DNA of 64,000 nt, taken from positions 2,065 through 66,064 of the forward strand of contig CANRIL010000011.1 in assembly GCA_947630625.1 (NCBI GenBank), written 5' to 3'. Within the stretch, counting starts at the first letter, position 1, and every line of letters begins with the position of its first letter. The notes beneath the pieces are model-generated. The model was given only the letters and a program-made list of their open reading frames with translations, was not told the origin of the DNA and ran no database searches. This stretch comes from an uncultured Clostridia bacterium (GTDB taxonomy: Bacteria > Bacillota > Clostridia > Oscillospirales > CAG-272). This document shows positions 1 to 9,186 of this stretch, piece by piece. The translations under genes were made by a program, and so were the position numbers.

Positions 1-273
1 CCCTGCACGGGCGAGAAGTACCGCGAGATCGCCCGCGCGATGGGCGTTCCCGGTGTTGACGAAATGACGCAGGAGGAATACCGCCGCGCCGCCGTTGACG
101 CCGTAAAGAAGCTGTCGGAGGACGTTGGCATCGTCTGCTCGCTCAAGGGCGTCGTCAAGCCGGAGGATGTTCCCGCGCTCGCGCGCGATGCGTACGCCGA
201 CGCCTGCCGTCCCGGCAACCCGCGCGAGACGAGCGAGGCTGAGATCGCCGAGCTCTACCGTTCGCTGATGTAA
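1..273 (+). CDS. Iron-containing (group III) alcohol dehydrogenase, C-terminal fragment; the 5' end lies outside the window
   Basis: Frame 1 is open from nt 1 (PCTGEKYREIARAMGV...) to TAA at 271-273. The tail DAYADACRPGNPRETSEAEIAELYRSLM matches the conserved Fe-ADH C-terminus (DAC..NPR...I..LY). A hairpin terminator follows. Confidence 0.7.
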   Translation, partial: PCTGEKYREIARAMGVPGVDEMTQEEYRRAAVDAVKKLSEDVGIVCSLKGVVKPEDVPALARDAYADACRPGNPRETSEAEIAELYRSLM

Positions 274-290
274 TGTAAATTTAATATCCG

Positions 291-343
291 CCCGCCCTCA
301 GAGCATTCCTTCCCGGATATGTTTTGAGGGCGGGACTTTTTTG
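291..343 (+). terminator. Rho-independent terminator
   Basis: Stem cccgccctca (291-300) pairs with tgagggcggg (325-334) and is followed by acTTTTTTg. Confidence 0.7.
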
Positions 344-463
344 TTTACACGCGGGATAATTTATGATAAAATATTATCGCTGATCTGCCGCCGCCTCGCC
401 TCACACCAGACATTGACGGCTTCACAAAAATGCGGCATATTCTTTCAGACAGGGCTTAATATA

Positions 464-3160
464 ATGAATTCAACAACTGTACCGCGGGAGCTTTTGCCCG
501 AATGGGGACCTTATTCGAAAAAATACATGGGCGTCTCGCGCGCCGTGCCGGACGCGGATATATCGGGCGTCCGCTTTGACTGCGTCGTTCACCCGGCCGA
601 GGCGAACATGAACCAGCCCGCGCCGAACGTCACGTTTCCGTCCGGCTGGCACATGTGGGACGCCGCGCCCGACCTCTCCTATTTTTCATACCGCGTTGAG
701 CTCGAATGGCGAGACAGGCTATTTGCCGATGTCGCATTCGTGAAGCTCGACGACGAAGCTGTCCTTATCCGGACGGAATATAAAAACAACACCGACCTTT
801 CGCGGAACTGCGTCTTAAATTACTACCTTTCAATAGAATATCCGCGCCGCCGGATAGTGTCCGCATATTCGGACGGTGATTTCGCGATAAAGAAATTCAC
901 CGAATACGACATGATGGAGTATCACACCCCGCGCCCGTGGGAACATCTCATGCCGAACGGGCTTCACCGCGGCGAATTTTTTGACGACGGCTTCACCGAC
1001 GGGCGCGGCTTCGGCGAGCGCGCCCAGATGCCGGAATATGTCCCGCGCACGCTTTTCGGCGAAGAACCCGGCGACACGGTCACGCTGACGCTGCATGCGG
1101 ACGCACCGTTTGACACGCTGACGCTGCGGTACAGGACTACGTCGTGTTCCCCCGCAAAATTCTCGCTCGCCGTCGGCGATGCTGAAGCCGAGCTCACGCT
1201 TCCGCCGTCGCAGGAGCTGACGCTGTTCTCACTGCCGGTCTGCACGCCCGCGGGAGACGTTCCCCTTACGCTTACTTCCCTCGGCGGGGGCGGCGCGGAA
1301 TTTGACTTTGCCGCGCTGTCGCATGCAGAAACACCCGTCTTTATTTTGTCGCGCGCGCCGGAATACGTCCCCGAATGCCGCCGCAGCGGCGGCGGATTCG
1401 CGCTTAAATATAAAGGAACGCCCCGCGTTTTCGGATTCTCTCCGATGACGGAAAATGTGCGGCTGCGCTCTATCCCGTCAGGCGCGCTCGAAGACGCGCT
1501 GCCGTCCCGGCTGTCGCAGGCTGACCCGTCGTTTGACCGCGTGCTCCGCACGTTTACGCATTCATTCTCCGACAAACACAGCGACGACGGATTTTATCAG
1601 AACTTCATCGTTCATTCTATCTTTATCCCGCCGTATTCGACGCATGTCGAATACGCCGTCATCGGCGACGGCGCGCCCCGGACATTATCCGCCCTTGAAG
1701 CGGAGAGCATATATGAAAAACGGTGCACGGCTTTGCCCGGCATGCTCTTCAACCGCGGCGGCGAGCCGTATTCGCAGAGCTGCCGCATATTAAAGACGGC
1801 GCTTCTCACAAACGTCGTTTACCCCATCTACCGTCACGGCGAGTGGATAAAGCACCACACGCCCGGCAAGCGCTGGGACAGCATTTACACGTGGGATTCC
1901 GGCTTCATCGGGCTCGGTCTGCTCGAAGTCGACGCACGCCTTGCCGAATACGTCTTGTCCCTCTACCTGTCGGAAGCTGACAACCCCGATTTCGCGTTTC
2001 TGCTCCACGGCTCGCCCGTGCCTGTTCAGGCGTATCTCTATCTTGAGCTTTTGCGGCGCACAAACGACAAGTCAAAGCTTCTCGCATACTACACGCGCGT
2101 TCGCCGCTATTACCGCTATCTCGCGGGCAAATCGGAGGGTTCCGTCACCGACCCGTTTTCAAGCAGGCTCACGACGACATTTTCATATTTTTACAATTGC
2201 AGCGGAATGGACGACCTGCCGCCGCAGGTCGAGATGCACGCGTCCGGGAAAGAATTCGACTGCGCCCCGTCGCTCACAACGTCACATCTGATCCGTATGG
2301 CGAAAATTCTGCGCATGATCGCCGCCGAATCGGGATTTTATGACGACATCGCCGAATACGACGCCGACATCGCGCTGCGCGGTGACGCGCTGCTCAAATA
2401 CGCGTGGGACGAGGAGAGCGGATATTTCGGCTACGTCGTCCACGATGAGGACAAAAATCCGGTCGGAGTTTATAAGACCGCGGACGGCGAAAATCTCTCG
2501 CGCGGGATGGACGGCGTTTATCCGCTCGTCGCCGGTATCTGTGACGAGCGGCGCGAAAAAATCCTGCTCGGCCATATTTTCTCCGAGCATGAGATGTTCT
2601 CCCCCGTCGGGATCAGCGCCGTCGATATGTCCGCGTCGTATTACCGCGACAACGGCTACTGGAACGGCAACGTCTGGTTCTCGCATCAGTGGTTTTTGTG
2701 GAAGACGATGCTCGATCTCGGACGCGGCGAAGACGCGTACCGCATCGCGAAATGTGCGCTTGACGCCTGGGCGCGCGAGGTCGACCACTCCTACTTTACG
2801 TTTGAAATGCTGAATATCAAGACAGGCCGCGGCGGCTGGTTCCACCACTTCGGCGGGCTTTCCTCCCCCGTCCTTGTCTGGGCGTGCGCGTACTATAGAC
2901 CCGGAACAGTTTCGTGCGGGTTCGATCTATGGCTCGCCTCGCAGTCCTATGACGCGGATACGGACGAAATTTCGCTCACCGTAACAAATCACGGCAGGCG
3001 CGGCGGCACCGTTGTCGCAGTGCTCGCCTCGGAGGACGCCGAGGCGTCCATTGACGGGGATACGCTCCCTGTCGTCCGCCGTACGGACGGGGCTTTTGAA
3101 ATAAACGTCCCCGCCGGGGTCAAAAACGGCGAGCTCACGATAAAAGGGGCGAAAAAATGA
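464..3160 (+). CDS. Glycoside hydrolase with a GH63-like (alpha/alpha)6-barrel catalytic domain; substrate unknown
   Basis: The track ORF starts at TTG 341. The first ATG with a sensible N-terminus (MNSTTVPRELLPEWGPYSKKYMG) is at 464. The C-terminal half carries motifs typical of the GH63/GH37/GH15 clan: TWDSGFIGLGLLE and YYRDNGYWNGNVWFSHQWFLWKTMLDLG. No signal peptide is visible. Confidence 0.6.
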   Translation: MNSTTVPRELLPEWGPYSKKYMGVSRAVPDADISGVRFDCVVHPAEANMNQPAPNVTFPSGWHMWDAAPDLSYFSYRVELEWRDRLFADVAFVKLDDEAVLIRTEYKNNTDLSRNCVLNYYLSIEYPRRRIVSAYSDGDFAIKKFTEYDMMEYHTPRPWEHLMPNGLHRGEFFDDGFTDGRGFGERAQMPEYVPRTLFGEEPGDTVTLTLHADAPFDTLTLRYRTTSCSPAKFSLAVGDAEAELTLPPSQELTLFSLPVCTPAGDVPLTLTSLGGGGAEFDFAALSHAETPVFILSRAPEYVPECRRSGGGFALKYKGTPRVFGFSPMTENVRLRSIPSGALEDALPSRLSQADPSFDRVLRTFTHSFSDKHSDDGFYQNFIVHSIFIPPYSTHVEYAVIGDGAPRTLSALEAESIYEKRCTALPGMLFNRGGEPYSQSCRILKTALLTNVVYPIYRHGEWIKHHTPGKRWDSIYTWDSGFIGLGLLEVDARLAEYVLSLYLSEADNPDFAFLLHGSPVPVQAYLYLELLRRTNDKSKLLAYYTRVRRYYRYLAGKSEGSVTDPFSSRLTTTFSYFYNCSGMDDLPPQVEMHASGKEFDCAPSLTTSHLIRMAKILRMIAAESGFYDDIAEYDADIALRGDALLKYAWDEESGYFGYVVHDEDKNPVGVYKTADGENLSRGMDGVYPLVAGICDERREKILLGHIFSEHEMFSPVGISAVDMSASYYRDNGYWNGNVWFSHQWFLWKTMLDLGRGEDAYRIAKCALDAWAREVDHSYFTFEMLNIKTGRGGWFHHFGGLSSPVLVWACAYYRPGTVSCGFDLWLASQSYDADTDEISLTVTNHGRRGGTVVAVLASEDAEASIDGDTLPVVRRTDGAFEINVPAGVKNGELTIKGAKK

Positions 3161-3861
3161 GACTTGACAAATTCGTTTCCACCGCATCAAATCTCTCGCG
3201 GCGCGACGCCTCCCGCGCGATAGCGGGTGGGCACGTATCCGTCTTTGGCAAAACCGTGCGCGACGGGGCGTTTCACGTCGACGAGGGCGACGATATCACG
3301 CTCGACGGGAAGCCGCTTTTGTATTCGCGGTTCCTATATCTGATGATGAACAAGCCCTCGGGGTACATCACCGCGACGGAGGACGCGCGCCCGGGTGAGC
3401 GCGTCGTCTCCGACCTGCTGCCGCCGGAGCTCGCGCGCCGCGTCTTCCCCGTCGGCCGCCTTGACCGGGATACGACGGGACTTCTGATCTTTACCGACGA
3501 CGGCGCCGCCGCGCACCGCGCGCTATCGCCGAAGCGCCACGTCGAAAAGACCTACCGCTTCACGTGCTCGCCGCCGCTGACGGACGAAATGATCCGCGCG
3601 CTTGAGGCGGGCGTCGACATCGGCGAGAAAAACAGCGCGGGCGAGCCGATTTTGACCGCACGGGCAAGGATGTCCGGGAACACGATCACGATCACGGAAG
3701 GCAAATTTCATCAGATTAAGCGGATGTTTCACGCGGTCGGCAGCGAGATCACGTCCCTCGCCCGCGTCAGCTTCGCGGGGATAGAGCTTGACGGAGCGCT
3801 TGCGCCCGGCGAGTGGCGATATCTCTCGCCGGAGGAAATAACGCTTTTTACGGGTGAATGA
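3157..3861 (+). CDS. Pseudouridine synthase, RsuA/RluB family (S4 domain plus catalytic domain)
   Basis: N-terminal S4-like MRLDKFVSTASNLSRRDASRAI, catalytic GRLDRDTTGLLIFTDDG, and C-terminal GKFHQIKRMF. The ATGA start overlaps the upstream stop. Confidence 0.85.
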   Translation: MRLDKFVSTASNLSRRDASRAIAGGHVSVFGKTVRDGAFHVDEGDDITLDGKPLLYSRFLYLMMNKPSGYITATEDARPGERVVSDLLPPELARRVFPVGRLDRDTTGLLIFTDDGAAAHRALSPKRHVEKTYRFTCSPPLTDEMIRALEAGVDIGEKNSAGEPILTARARMSGNTITITEGKFHQIKRMFHAVGSEITSLARVSFAGIELDGALAPGEWRYLSPEEITLFTGE

Positions 3862-4123
3862 CCGCGCCGCGATAATCCGAAACGCCGCTCCCTGTGGGGT
3901 GCGTACAATTCGCCGCGCCGCTCGCGTGACACAAGCGCGACAAAATTTACTTTAAATTTTTCAAAGCAAATGCAAAAGCATCATTTGTTTTTGCAAAATT
4001 TATCCGATGATCCGACTTTATATTGATCATGAAGACCACTTTACGGCAGTTCGTTTTTGTGTTACAATAGACGGGTCAGACCATGATACAAAAAGTTTTG
4101 AAAGGGATGCAACGCCTGTAAAA

Positions 4124-6304
4124 ATGGACATATTAAAGACACTATCCGAAGAACTGAACATTCCGCAAAAGCAGATCGAAGCCGCCGTCGGGCTTATCGA
4201 CGAGGGGAACACGATCCCGTTCATCGCCCGCTACCGCAAGGAAGTTACCGGCGGGCTCGACGACACGCAGCTTCGCGACCTTGAAACGCGCCTGCAATAT
4301 CTGCGCTCGCTCGACGCGCGCCGCGCCGAGGTTCGCGACCTCATCGACGCGCAGGGCAAGCTGACGCCTGAGATCGAAGCGGCGCTCGAACGCGCCGCGA
4401 TCCTCGCCGAGATCGAGGACATATACCGTCCATACCGCCCGAAGCGCAAGACGCGCGCCTCCGTCGCGCGCGAACGCGGGCTCACTCCGCTTGCGGAGGC
4501 GCTGCGCGAACAGCGTCCCTCATACGAACCGCCGCTTCCGGAGCTGGCAGCTTCGTTCATAAATGAAGAGCTCGGCGTCAAGACCGCGGGCGACGCGCTT
4601 GCGGGATCCGCCGACATTATAGCGGAAGAAATTTCCGACAACGCCGACTACCGCCGCCGTCTGCGCGAGCTGACGCGCGAGGGTGGCGTCATTACGACGG
4701 CCAAGGCGGCGGAGGGAGACTCCGTATACACGATGTATTACGAATTTTCCGAGCGCGTCTCAAAAATCGCGCCGCACCGCGTCCTCGCCATAAACCGCGG
4801 CGAAAAAGAGGGGATATTGAAGGTTTCCCTCACGCTTGAGCCGACCTCGGCGCTCTCATATCTATATTCAAAAGAGCTGAAAAAAGAGGACTCCCCCGCA
4901 AAGGAGCTCGTCCGCGCCGCGATCGAGGACAGCTATACTCGGCTTATCGCCCCGTCGGTGGAACGCGAGATCAGGGGCGAGCTGACGGACGCGGCGCAGG
5001 AGGGCGCTATAAAGGTATTCGCCGAGAATCTGCGCCACCTGCTGATGCAGGCTCCGATCAAGGGAAAGACCGTGATGGGGCTCGACCCCGGCTACCGCAC
5101 CGGCTGCAAGCTCGCCGTCGTCGACAAGACGGGGCGCGTCATCGACACCGCCGTCATTTACCCGACAAAACCGCATGAACGCATTGAAGAAGCGAAGCGC
5201 AAGGTCAAAGCTTTCATCAAAAAATATCACGTCGACGCCGTTGCGATCGGCAACGGCACCGCCTCCCGCGAAAGCGAACGCTTCATCGCCGACACGCTGC
5301 GCGAGATTCCCGACTGCGACTGCAAATATGTCATAGTCTCCGAAGCGGGCGCTTCCGTCTATTCCGCCTCAAAGCTCGCGGCGGAGGAATTCCCCGATTT
5401 CGACGTGACGCAGCGCTCCGCCGTTTCGATCGCGCGCAGGCTGCAGGACCCGCTCGCGGAGCTTGTCAAGATCGAGCCGCGCTCTATCGGCGTCGGTCAG
5501 TACCAGCACGACATGAAACCCGCCCGCCTCGACGAGGCGCTCGGCGGCGTCGTAGAAGCGTCCGTCAACGCCGTCGGCGTCGATATCAACACCGCGTCGC
5601 ACGCGCTTCTCTCTTACGTCGCGGGGATCAACGCGACGCTTGCGAAAAATATAGTGAAGTACCGCGAGGAGCACGGAGAATTCGCCTCCCGCGCGGACGT
5701 TCTCGCCGTTCCGAGGATGGGCGAGCGCGCCTACCAGCAGTGCGCGGGATTCCTGCGCGTGCCGGGCGGGGAGGAAATTCTTGACAACACCGGCGTTCAT
5801 CCCGAATCATACGAGGCGACGAAAAAGCTGCTCCGCAAATACAAGTATTCGCCAGAGGACGTGCGCGACGGCGGGATGACGCTTCTGCGCTTCAAAATTC
5901 AGAAGGACGGAGAGGAGAAGGTCTGCCGCGAGCTCGGCATCGGCGCGCCGACGCTCGCCGATATCGTGACCGAGCTTGAAAAGCCGGGGCGCGATGTCCG
6001 CGACTCGTTCCCCGCGCCCGTTCTGCGCGAGGACGTGCTCGAAATCTCCGACCTCCGCGAGGGGATGACGCTGACCGGCACCGTCAGAAACGTCACCGAT
6101 TTCGGCGCCTTCGTCGATATCGGCGTTCACCAGGACGGCTTATTGCACGTATCCGAGATCGCCGACAGATTCATCCGTCACCCGTCCGAGGCGCTTGCCG
6201 TCGGCGACGTTATAAACGTCAAGGTCAAGTCCGTCGACACAGCAAAGGGGCGCATCGCGCTGACCGCAAAGGGGCTCGGCAATCCGGACAAGCGCGCGAA
6301 ATAA
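4124..6304 (+). CDS. tex: Tex-like transcription accessory protein (YqgF/RuvC-like, HhH and C-terminal S1 domains)
   Basis: MDILKTLSEELNIPQKQIEAAVGLIDEGNTIPFIARYRKE is the canonical Tex N-terminus. VMGLDPGYRTGCKLAVVD is the YqgF-like domain. The C-terminal S1 domain is GTVRNVTDFGAFVDIGVHQDGLLHVSE. The track start at 4007 adds a non-conserved 39-aa extension. Confidence 0.9.
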   Translation: MDILKTLSEELNIPQKQIEAAVGLIDEGNTIPFIARYRKEVTGGLDDTQLRDLETRLQYLRSLDARRAEVRDLIDAQGKLTPEIEAALERAAILAEIEDIYRPYRPKRKTRASVARERGLTPLAEALREQRPSYEPPLPELAASFINEELGVKTAGDALAGSADIIAEEISDNADYRRRLRELTREGGVITTAKAAEGDSVYTMYYEFSERVSKIAPHRVLAINRGEKEGILKVSLTLEPTSALSYLYSKELKKEDSPAKELVRAAIEDSYTRLIAPSVEREIRGELTDAAQEGAIKVFAENLRHLLMQAPIKGKTVMGLDPGYRTGCKLAVVDKTGRVIDTAVIYPTKPHERIEEAKRKVKAFIKKYHVDAVAIGNGTASRESERFIADTLREIPDCDCKYVIVSEAGASVYSASKLAAEEFPDFDVTQRSAVSIARRLQDPLAELVKIEPRSIGVGQYQHDMKPARLDEALGGVVEASVNAVGVDINTASHALLSYVAGINATLAKNIVKYREEHGEFASRADVLAVPRMGERAYQQCAGFLRVPGGEEILDNTGVHPESYEATKKLLRKYKYSPEDVRDGGMTLLRFKIQKDGEEKVCRELGIGAPTLADIVTELEKPGRDVRDSFPAPVLREDVLEISDLREGMTLTGTVRNVTDFGAFVDIGVHQDGLLHVSEIADRFIRHPSEALAVGDVINVKVKSVDTAKGRIALTAKGLGNPDKRAK

Positions 6305-6532
6305 GCGTGTCCGTTTTAATAAATTAAAATATTAAAGTCCTCCGGGGCGAAAAATCCGAGATTGCATTTTCCGAGTTATGCAATATACACAAACGTCAAT
6401 TGTGATTTTTGGAGAAAAAAGCTCTTTTCACGAAGCGGTGTTTTTGATAAAATATATAAAAACAAAAGAATGGGTACGAGTCGGCGCGAGTTTTGCCGCA
6501 TGTATCCGAAGCTAAGGAGGAACCATTTAACA

Positions 6533-7645
6533 ATGGCAAGCTTATCCCTGAAACATATCTATAAGAAGTATCCCGGCGGAGTTACGGCTGTATCCGACTT
6601 CTGCCTTGAGATCAAAGACAAGGAATTCCTCGTCCTCGTCGGCCCTTCCGGATGCGGAAAGTCGACAACGCTGCGTATGATCGCAGGTCTTGAGGAAATT
6701 TCCGAAGGCGAGCTTTATATCGGCGATAAGCTCGTCAACGACGTGGCTCCGAAGGACCGCGACATCGCGATGGTGTTCCAGAACTACGCTCTGTATCCTC
6801 ACATGTCCGTGTTCGACAACATGGCGTTCGGTCTTAAGCTCCGCAAGACACCGAAGGAAGAGATCAAGCGCCGCGTTGAGGAAGCTGCCCGCATCCTCGA
6901 CATCACGCACCTGCTCGACAGAAAGCCGAAGGCTCTGTCCGGCGGTCAGAAGCAGCGTGTCGCTCTCGGCCGTGCGATCGTCCGTAACCCGCGCGTCTTC
7001 CTTCTTGACGAGCCGCTCTCCAACCTCGACGCTAAGCTGCGCGCGACGATGAGAACCGAGCTCACGAAGATACATCAGAGAGTCGGCACGACGTTCATTT
7101 ACGTCACGCACGACCAGACAGAGGCTATGACGATGGCTACGCGCATCGTCGTTATGAAGGACGGCCTTATCCAGCAGGTCGACACGCCTCAGAACCTCTA
7201 TGACAGCCCCTGCAACCTCTTTGTTGCCGGCTTCATAGGCACGCCTCAGATGAACTTCGTCAACTGCACGCTGAAGCGCAAGGGCGACGATACATATCTC
7301 GTATACGGCGACAGCCAGATCAAGCTGCCCGCAGAAAAGGGCAACGCTCCCGAGCTCAAGGACTACATCGGTGAGGAAGTCATCGCCGGTATCCGTCCCG
7401 AGGCTATTCACGACGATCCCGCTTACGTCGCACAGTTCCCGGACTGCGTCATCAACTGTGACGTTGAAGTCACCGAGCTTATGGGCGCTGAGATTTACCT
7501 CTACCTCGTTTCCGAGGAGCAGAACCTCATCGCGCGCGTCGCTCCGACCTCCACAGCCCGCGCCGGCGACAACATCAAGGTTGCCGTTGACCCGACGAGG
7601 ATCCACATCTTCGATAAGGACACAGAGCGCTGCATCGTTCATTGA
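6533..7645 (+). CDS. Sugar ABC transporter ATP-binding protein of the MsmX/MsmK/MalK/UgpC type; orphan, with no adjacent permease or binding protein
   Basis: Walker A GPSGCGKST, signature LSGGQKQRV, Walker B FLLDEPLSNLD, and a MalK-type C-terminal regulatory domain. AAGGAGG at 6514-6520 sits 12 nt before ATG 6533. The track start at 6362 is an upstream extension. Confidence 0.9.
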   Translation: MASLSLKHIYKKYPGGVTAVSDFCLEIKDKEFLVLVGPSGCGKSTTLRMIAGLEEISEGELYIGDKLVNDVAPKDRDIAMVFQNYALYPHMSVFDNMAFGLKLRKTPKEEIKRRVEEAARILDITHLLDRKPKALSGGQKQRVALGRAIVRNPRVFLLDEPLSNLDAKLRATMRTELTKIHQRVGTTFIYVTHDQTEAMTMATRIVVMKDGLIQQVDTPQNLYDSPCNLFVAGFIGTPQMNFVNCTLKRKGDDTYLVYGDSQIKLPAEKGNAPELKDYIGEEVIAGIRPEAIHDDPAYVAQFPDCVINCDVEVTELMGAEIYLYLVSEEQNLIARVAPTSTARAGDNIKVAVDPTRIHIFDKDTERCIVH

Positions 7646-7661
7646 TCGCAAACACAGTTTT

Positions 7662-7693
7662 ATTCGGGGGACTTCGCATGAAGTCCCCCGAAT
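7662..7693 (+). terminator. Perfect 14-bp hairpin after the ABC ATPase gene
   Basis: attcgggggacttc / gcat / gaagtcccccgaat. The downstream T-tract is weak. Confidence 0.6.
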
Positions 7694-7738
7694 GTCAATT
7701 TATCAGGCAAATTCTCAATTGATTGGAGGACTAACGAC

Positions 7739-9019
7739 TTGATCTGCAAAAATTGCGGGTTCGACTGCACCGACAGCATGAAATTCTGTCCGCGCTGCGG
7801 TCAAGAGCTGAAAAACGACGCCCCCGCCGAACCGTCCGTGCCGCAAACTCCGACGGAACCGGAGGCTCCGCCTGTATCGGAGGCTGCATCCGCACCGCAA
7901 ACTCCGCCGGAGCCGAAAGCTCCGCCAGTGCCGGAGACGCCGCACGCGCCGCAAACCCCGCCGCATACACCGCAAACTCCGCCCCCGCCTCAGTGGAACC
8001 AGCCGTATCAGCAGCCCCGGCAGCCGTATGGACAGCAATACTACTATCAGCAGCCCGCGCCTCAGTACAGCCAGCCGCCGCAGGGTCAGCAATACGCTTA
8101 CCGCCCCGCCGTCGATCCCATGACGGCGGACGCCGTGCGCCGCTCCCTTAAGGAGATCGGCGGCTCGGCAGTCGTGCTCATAGCCGCGATACTGCTCTCC
8201 CTCTCCGTCCTTCTCGGCATCATGGGGCAGGCAACGAACTCCGCCTATGCGGGACTTGAAGATTTTTTCAACGAATATGACGTGGAAATCCCGCCCGAAC
8301 TGTTCGGCGCATACAGCTCCTCAACGCCTTTTGTGGCGGTCATCAACGCCATACCCAATATACTTGAAATCGTCGGTATATTCCTCGTTTTTGCGGCGGC
8401 AAAGAGCAGGTCTGATCCCGGCTTTGGCACCGGAGGACTGACGCTCATAAACGTCATGAACGCGATCCGGCTCGGCGCCGTCATCCTTTCTGCCCTCCTG
8501 GTCGTCATTATTTTAATAATGGGTTCGGCGGCTCTTTCATTTATCGGCGGATCAACGTCGATCGTAGGCGGCGGCGACATAGTATATGCTGTGTTGGCGG
8601 TTGCCGTCATCGCATTAGTTATCGTCTTCGCTATTGTAATATCATATTACATATGCCTGATCAGCGCCGTCGGCGCGATGAAAAAGGCAGCCCGCACGGG
8701 AGCGCCCGAAACAAAAGGGTCTATAATGTTTGTCGCCGTGATCAACTTCATCCTCGGCACATTCGCGCTGATCGGATCATTTCTGACCGTGAACGTTTTG
8801 GGGATAATAGCCGACATATGCTCCGGCGGGGCACTCATTATGTTCGGCGTCGCCCTCGTGACGTACCGCGGCAGAATGCGCTCGATAAAAACCGCGCCGC
8901 CCACAGGCGGGACGTACAGCCAGCCGCAACTGACCGTGTGCCCGCACTGCGGATGCTCGTATAATTCAACTCTCCCGTCATGCCCGAGGTGCGGCATGCC
9001 GAACGGCTATAACCGATAA
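7739..9019 (+). CDS. Multi-pass membrane protein with zinc-ribbon modules at both termini and a proline-rich linker
   Basis: TTG start. N-terminal CKNCGFDC..CPRCG and C-terminal CPHCGC..CPRCG. The Pro-rich tract runs from APAEPSVPQTPTEPEAPP to HTPQTPPPPQ and is followed by QQ/Y-rich low complexity. About 6 hydrophobic spans follow. Confidence 0.6.
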   Translation: MICKNCGFDCTDSMKFCPRCGQELKNDAPAEPSVPQTPTEPEAPPVSEAASAPQTPPEPKAPPVPETPHAPQTPPHTPQTPPPPQWNQPYQQPRQPYGQQYYYQQPAPQYSQPPQGQQYAYRPAVDPMTADAVRRSLKEIGGSAVVLIAAILLSLSVLLGIMGQATNSAYAGLEDFFNEYDVEIPPELFGAYSSSTPFVAVINAIPNILEIVGIFLVFAAAKSRSDPGFGTGGLTLINVMNAIRLGAVILSALLVVIILIMGSAALSFIGGSTSIVGGGDIVYAVLAVAVIALVIVFAIVISYYICLISAVGAMKKAARTGAPETKGSIMFVAVINFILGTFALIGSFLTVNVLGIIADICSGGALIMFGVALVTYRGRMRSIKTAPPTGGTYSQPQLTVCPHCGCSYNSTLPSCPRCGMPNGYNR

Positions 9020-9044
9020 CCAATAACGTCACAAATTGCCTATT

Positions 9045-9080
9045 ATCGGCGGCGGAGCACGCTCCGCCGCCGATTTTACG
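9045..9080 (+). terminator. Rho-independent terminator
   Basis: atcggcggcggagc..gctccgccgccgat is followed by tttt. Confidence 0.65.
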
Positions 9081-9186
9081 TGCGCAAAAAAACTTTATTG
9101 TCGCAAAACAGCCCTTGAAAAACATGTCCGTATGTGTTATCATGTAGCCGTTAAAATATGCTTAATGCCCGGACGGGAGATAATAC

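Noticed and set aside
341-463. Upstream-extended starts given by the ORF track (341, 4007, 6362, 13780, 17147, 22538..23359, 31800..32531, 36779, 52268, 57928)
   Set aside because: In each case the extension is non-conserved or Arg-rich, often overlaps the preceding gene or promoter, and an internal start with an RBS gives the canonical family N-terminus. The refined starts are used in the feature table.
6542-7651. 369-aa ORF antisense to the ABC ATPase gene
   Set aside because: It lies exactly opposite a CDS with unmistakable Walker/ABC signature motifs. Its translation is Arg/Val/Asp-rich with no recognisable motifs. This is a typical GC-driven shadow ORF.
9020-9186. c-di-AMP (ydaO/kimA-type) riboswitch upstream of trkA
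   Set aside because: After the terminator and a TTGAAA-N17-TATCAT promoter only about 40 nt remain before the start codon. That is too short for the pseudo-symmetric riboswitch of about 130 nt, and none of its conserved ACGGGGA-type motifs are visible.
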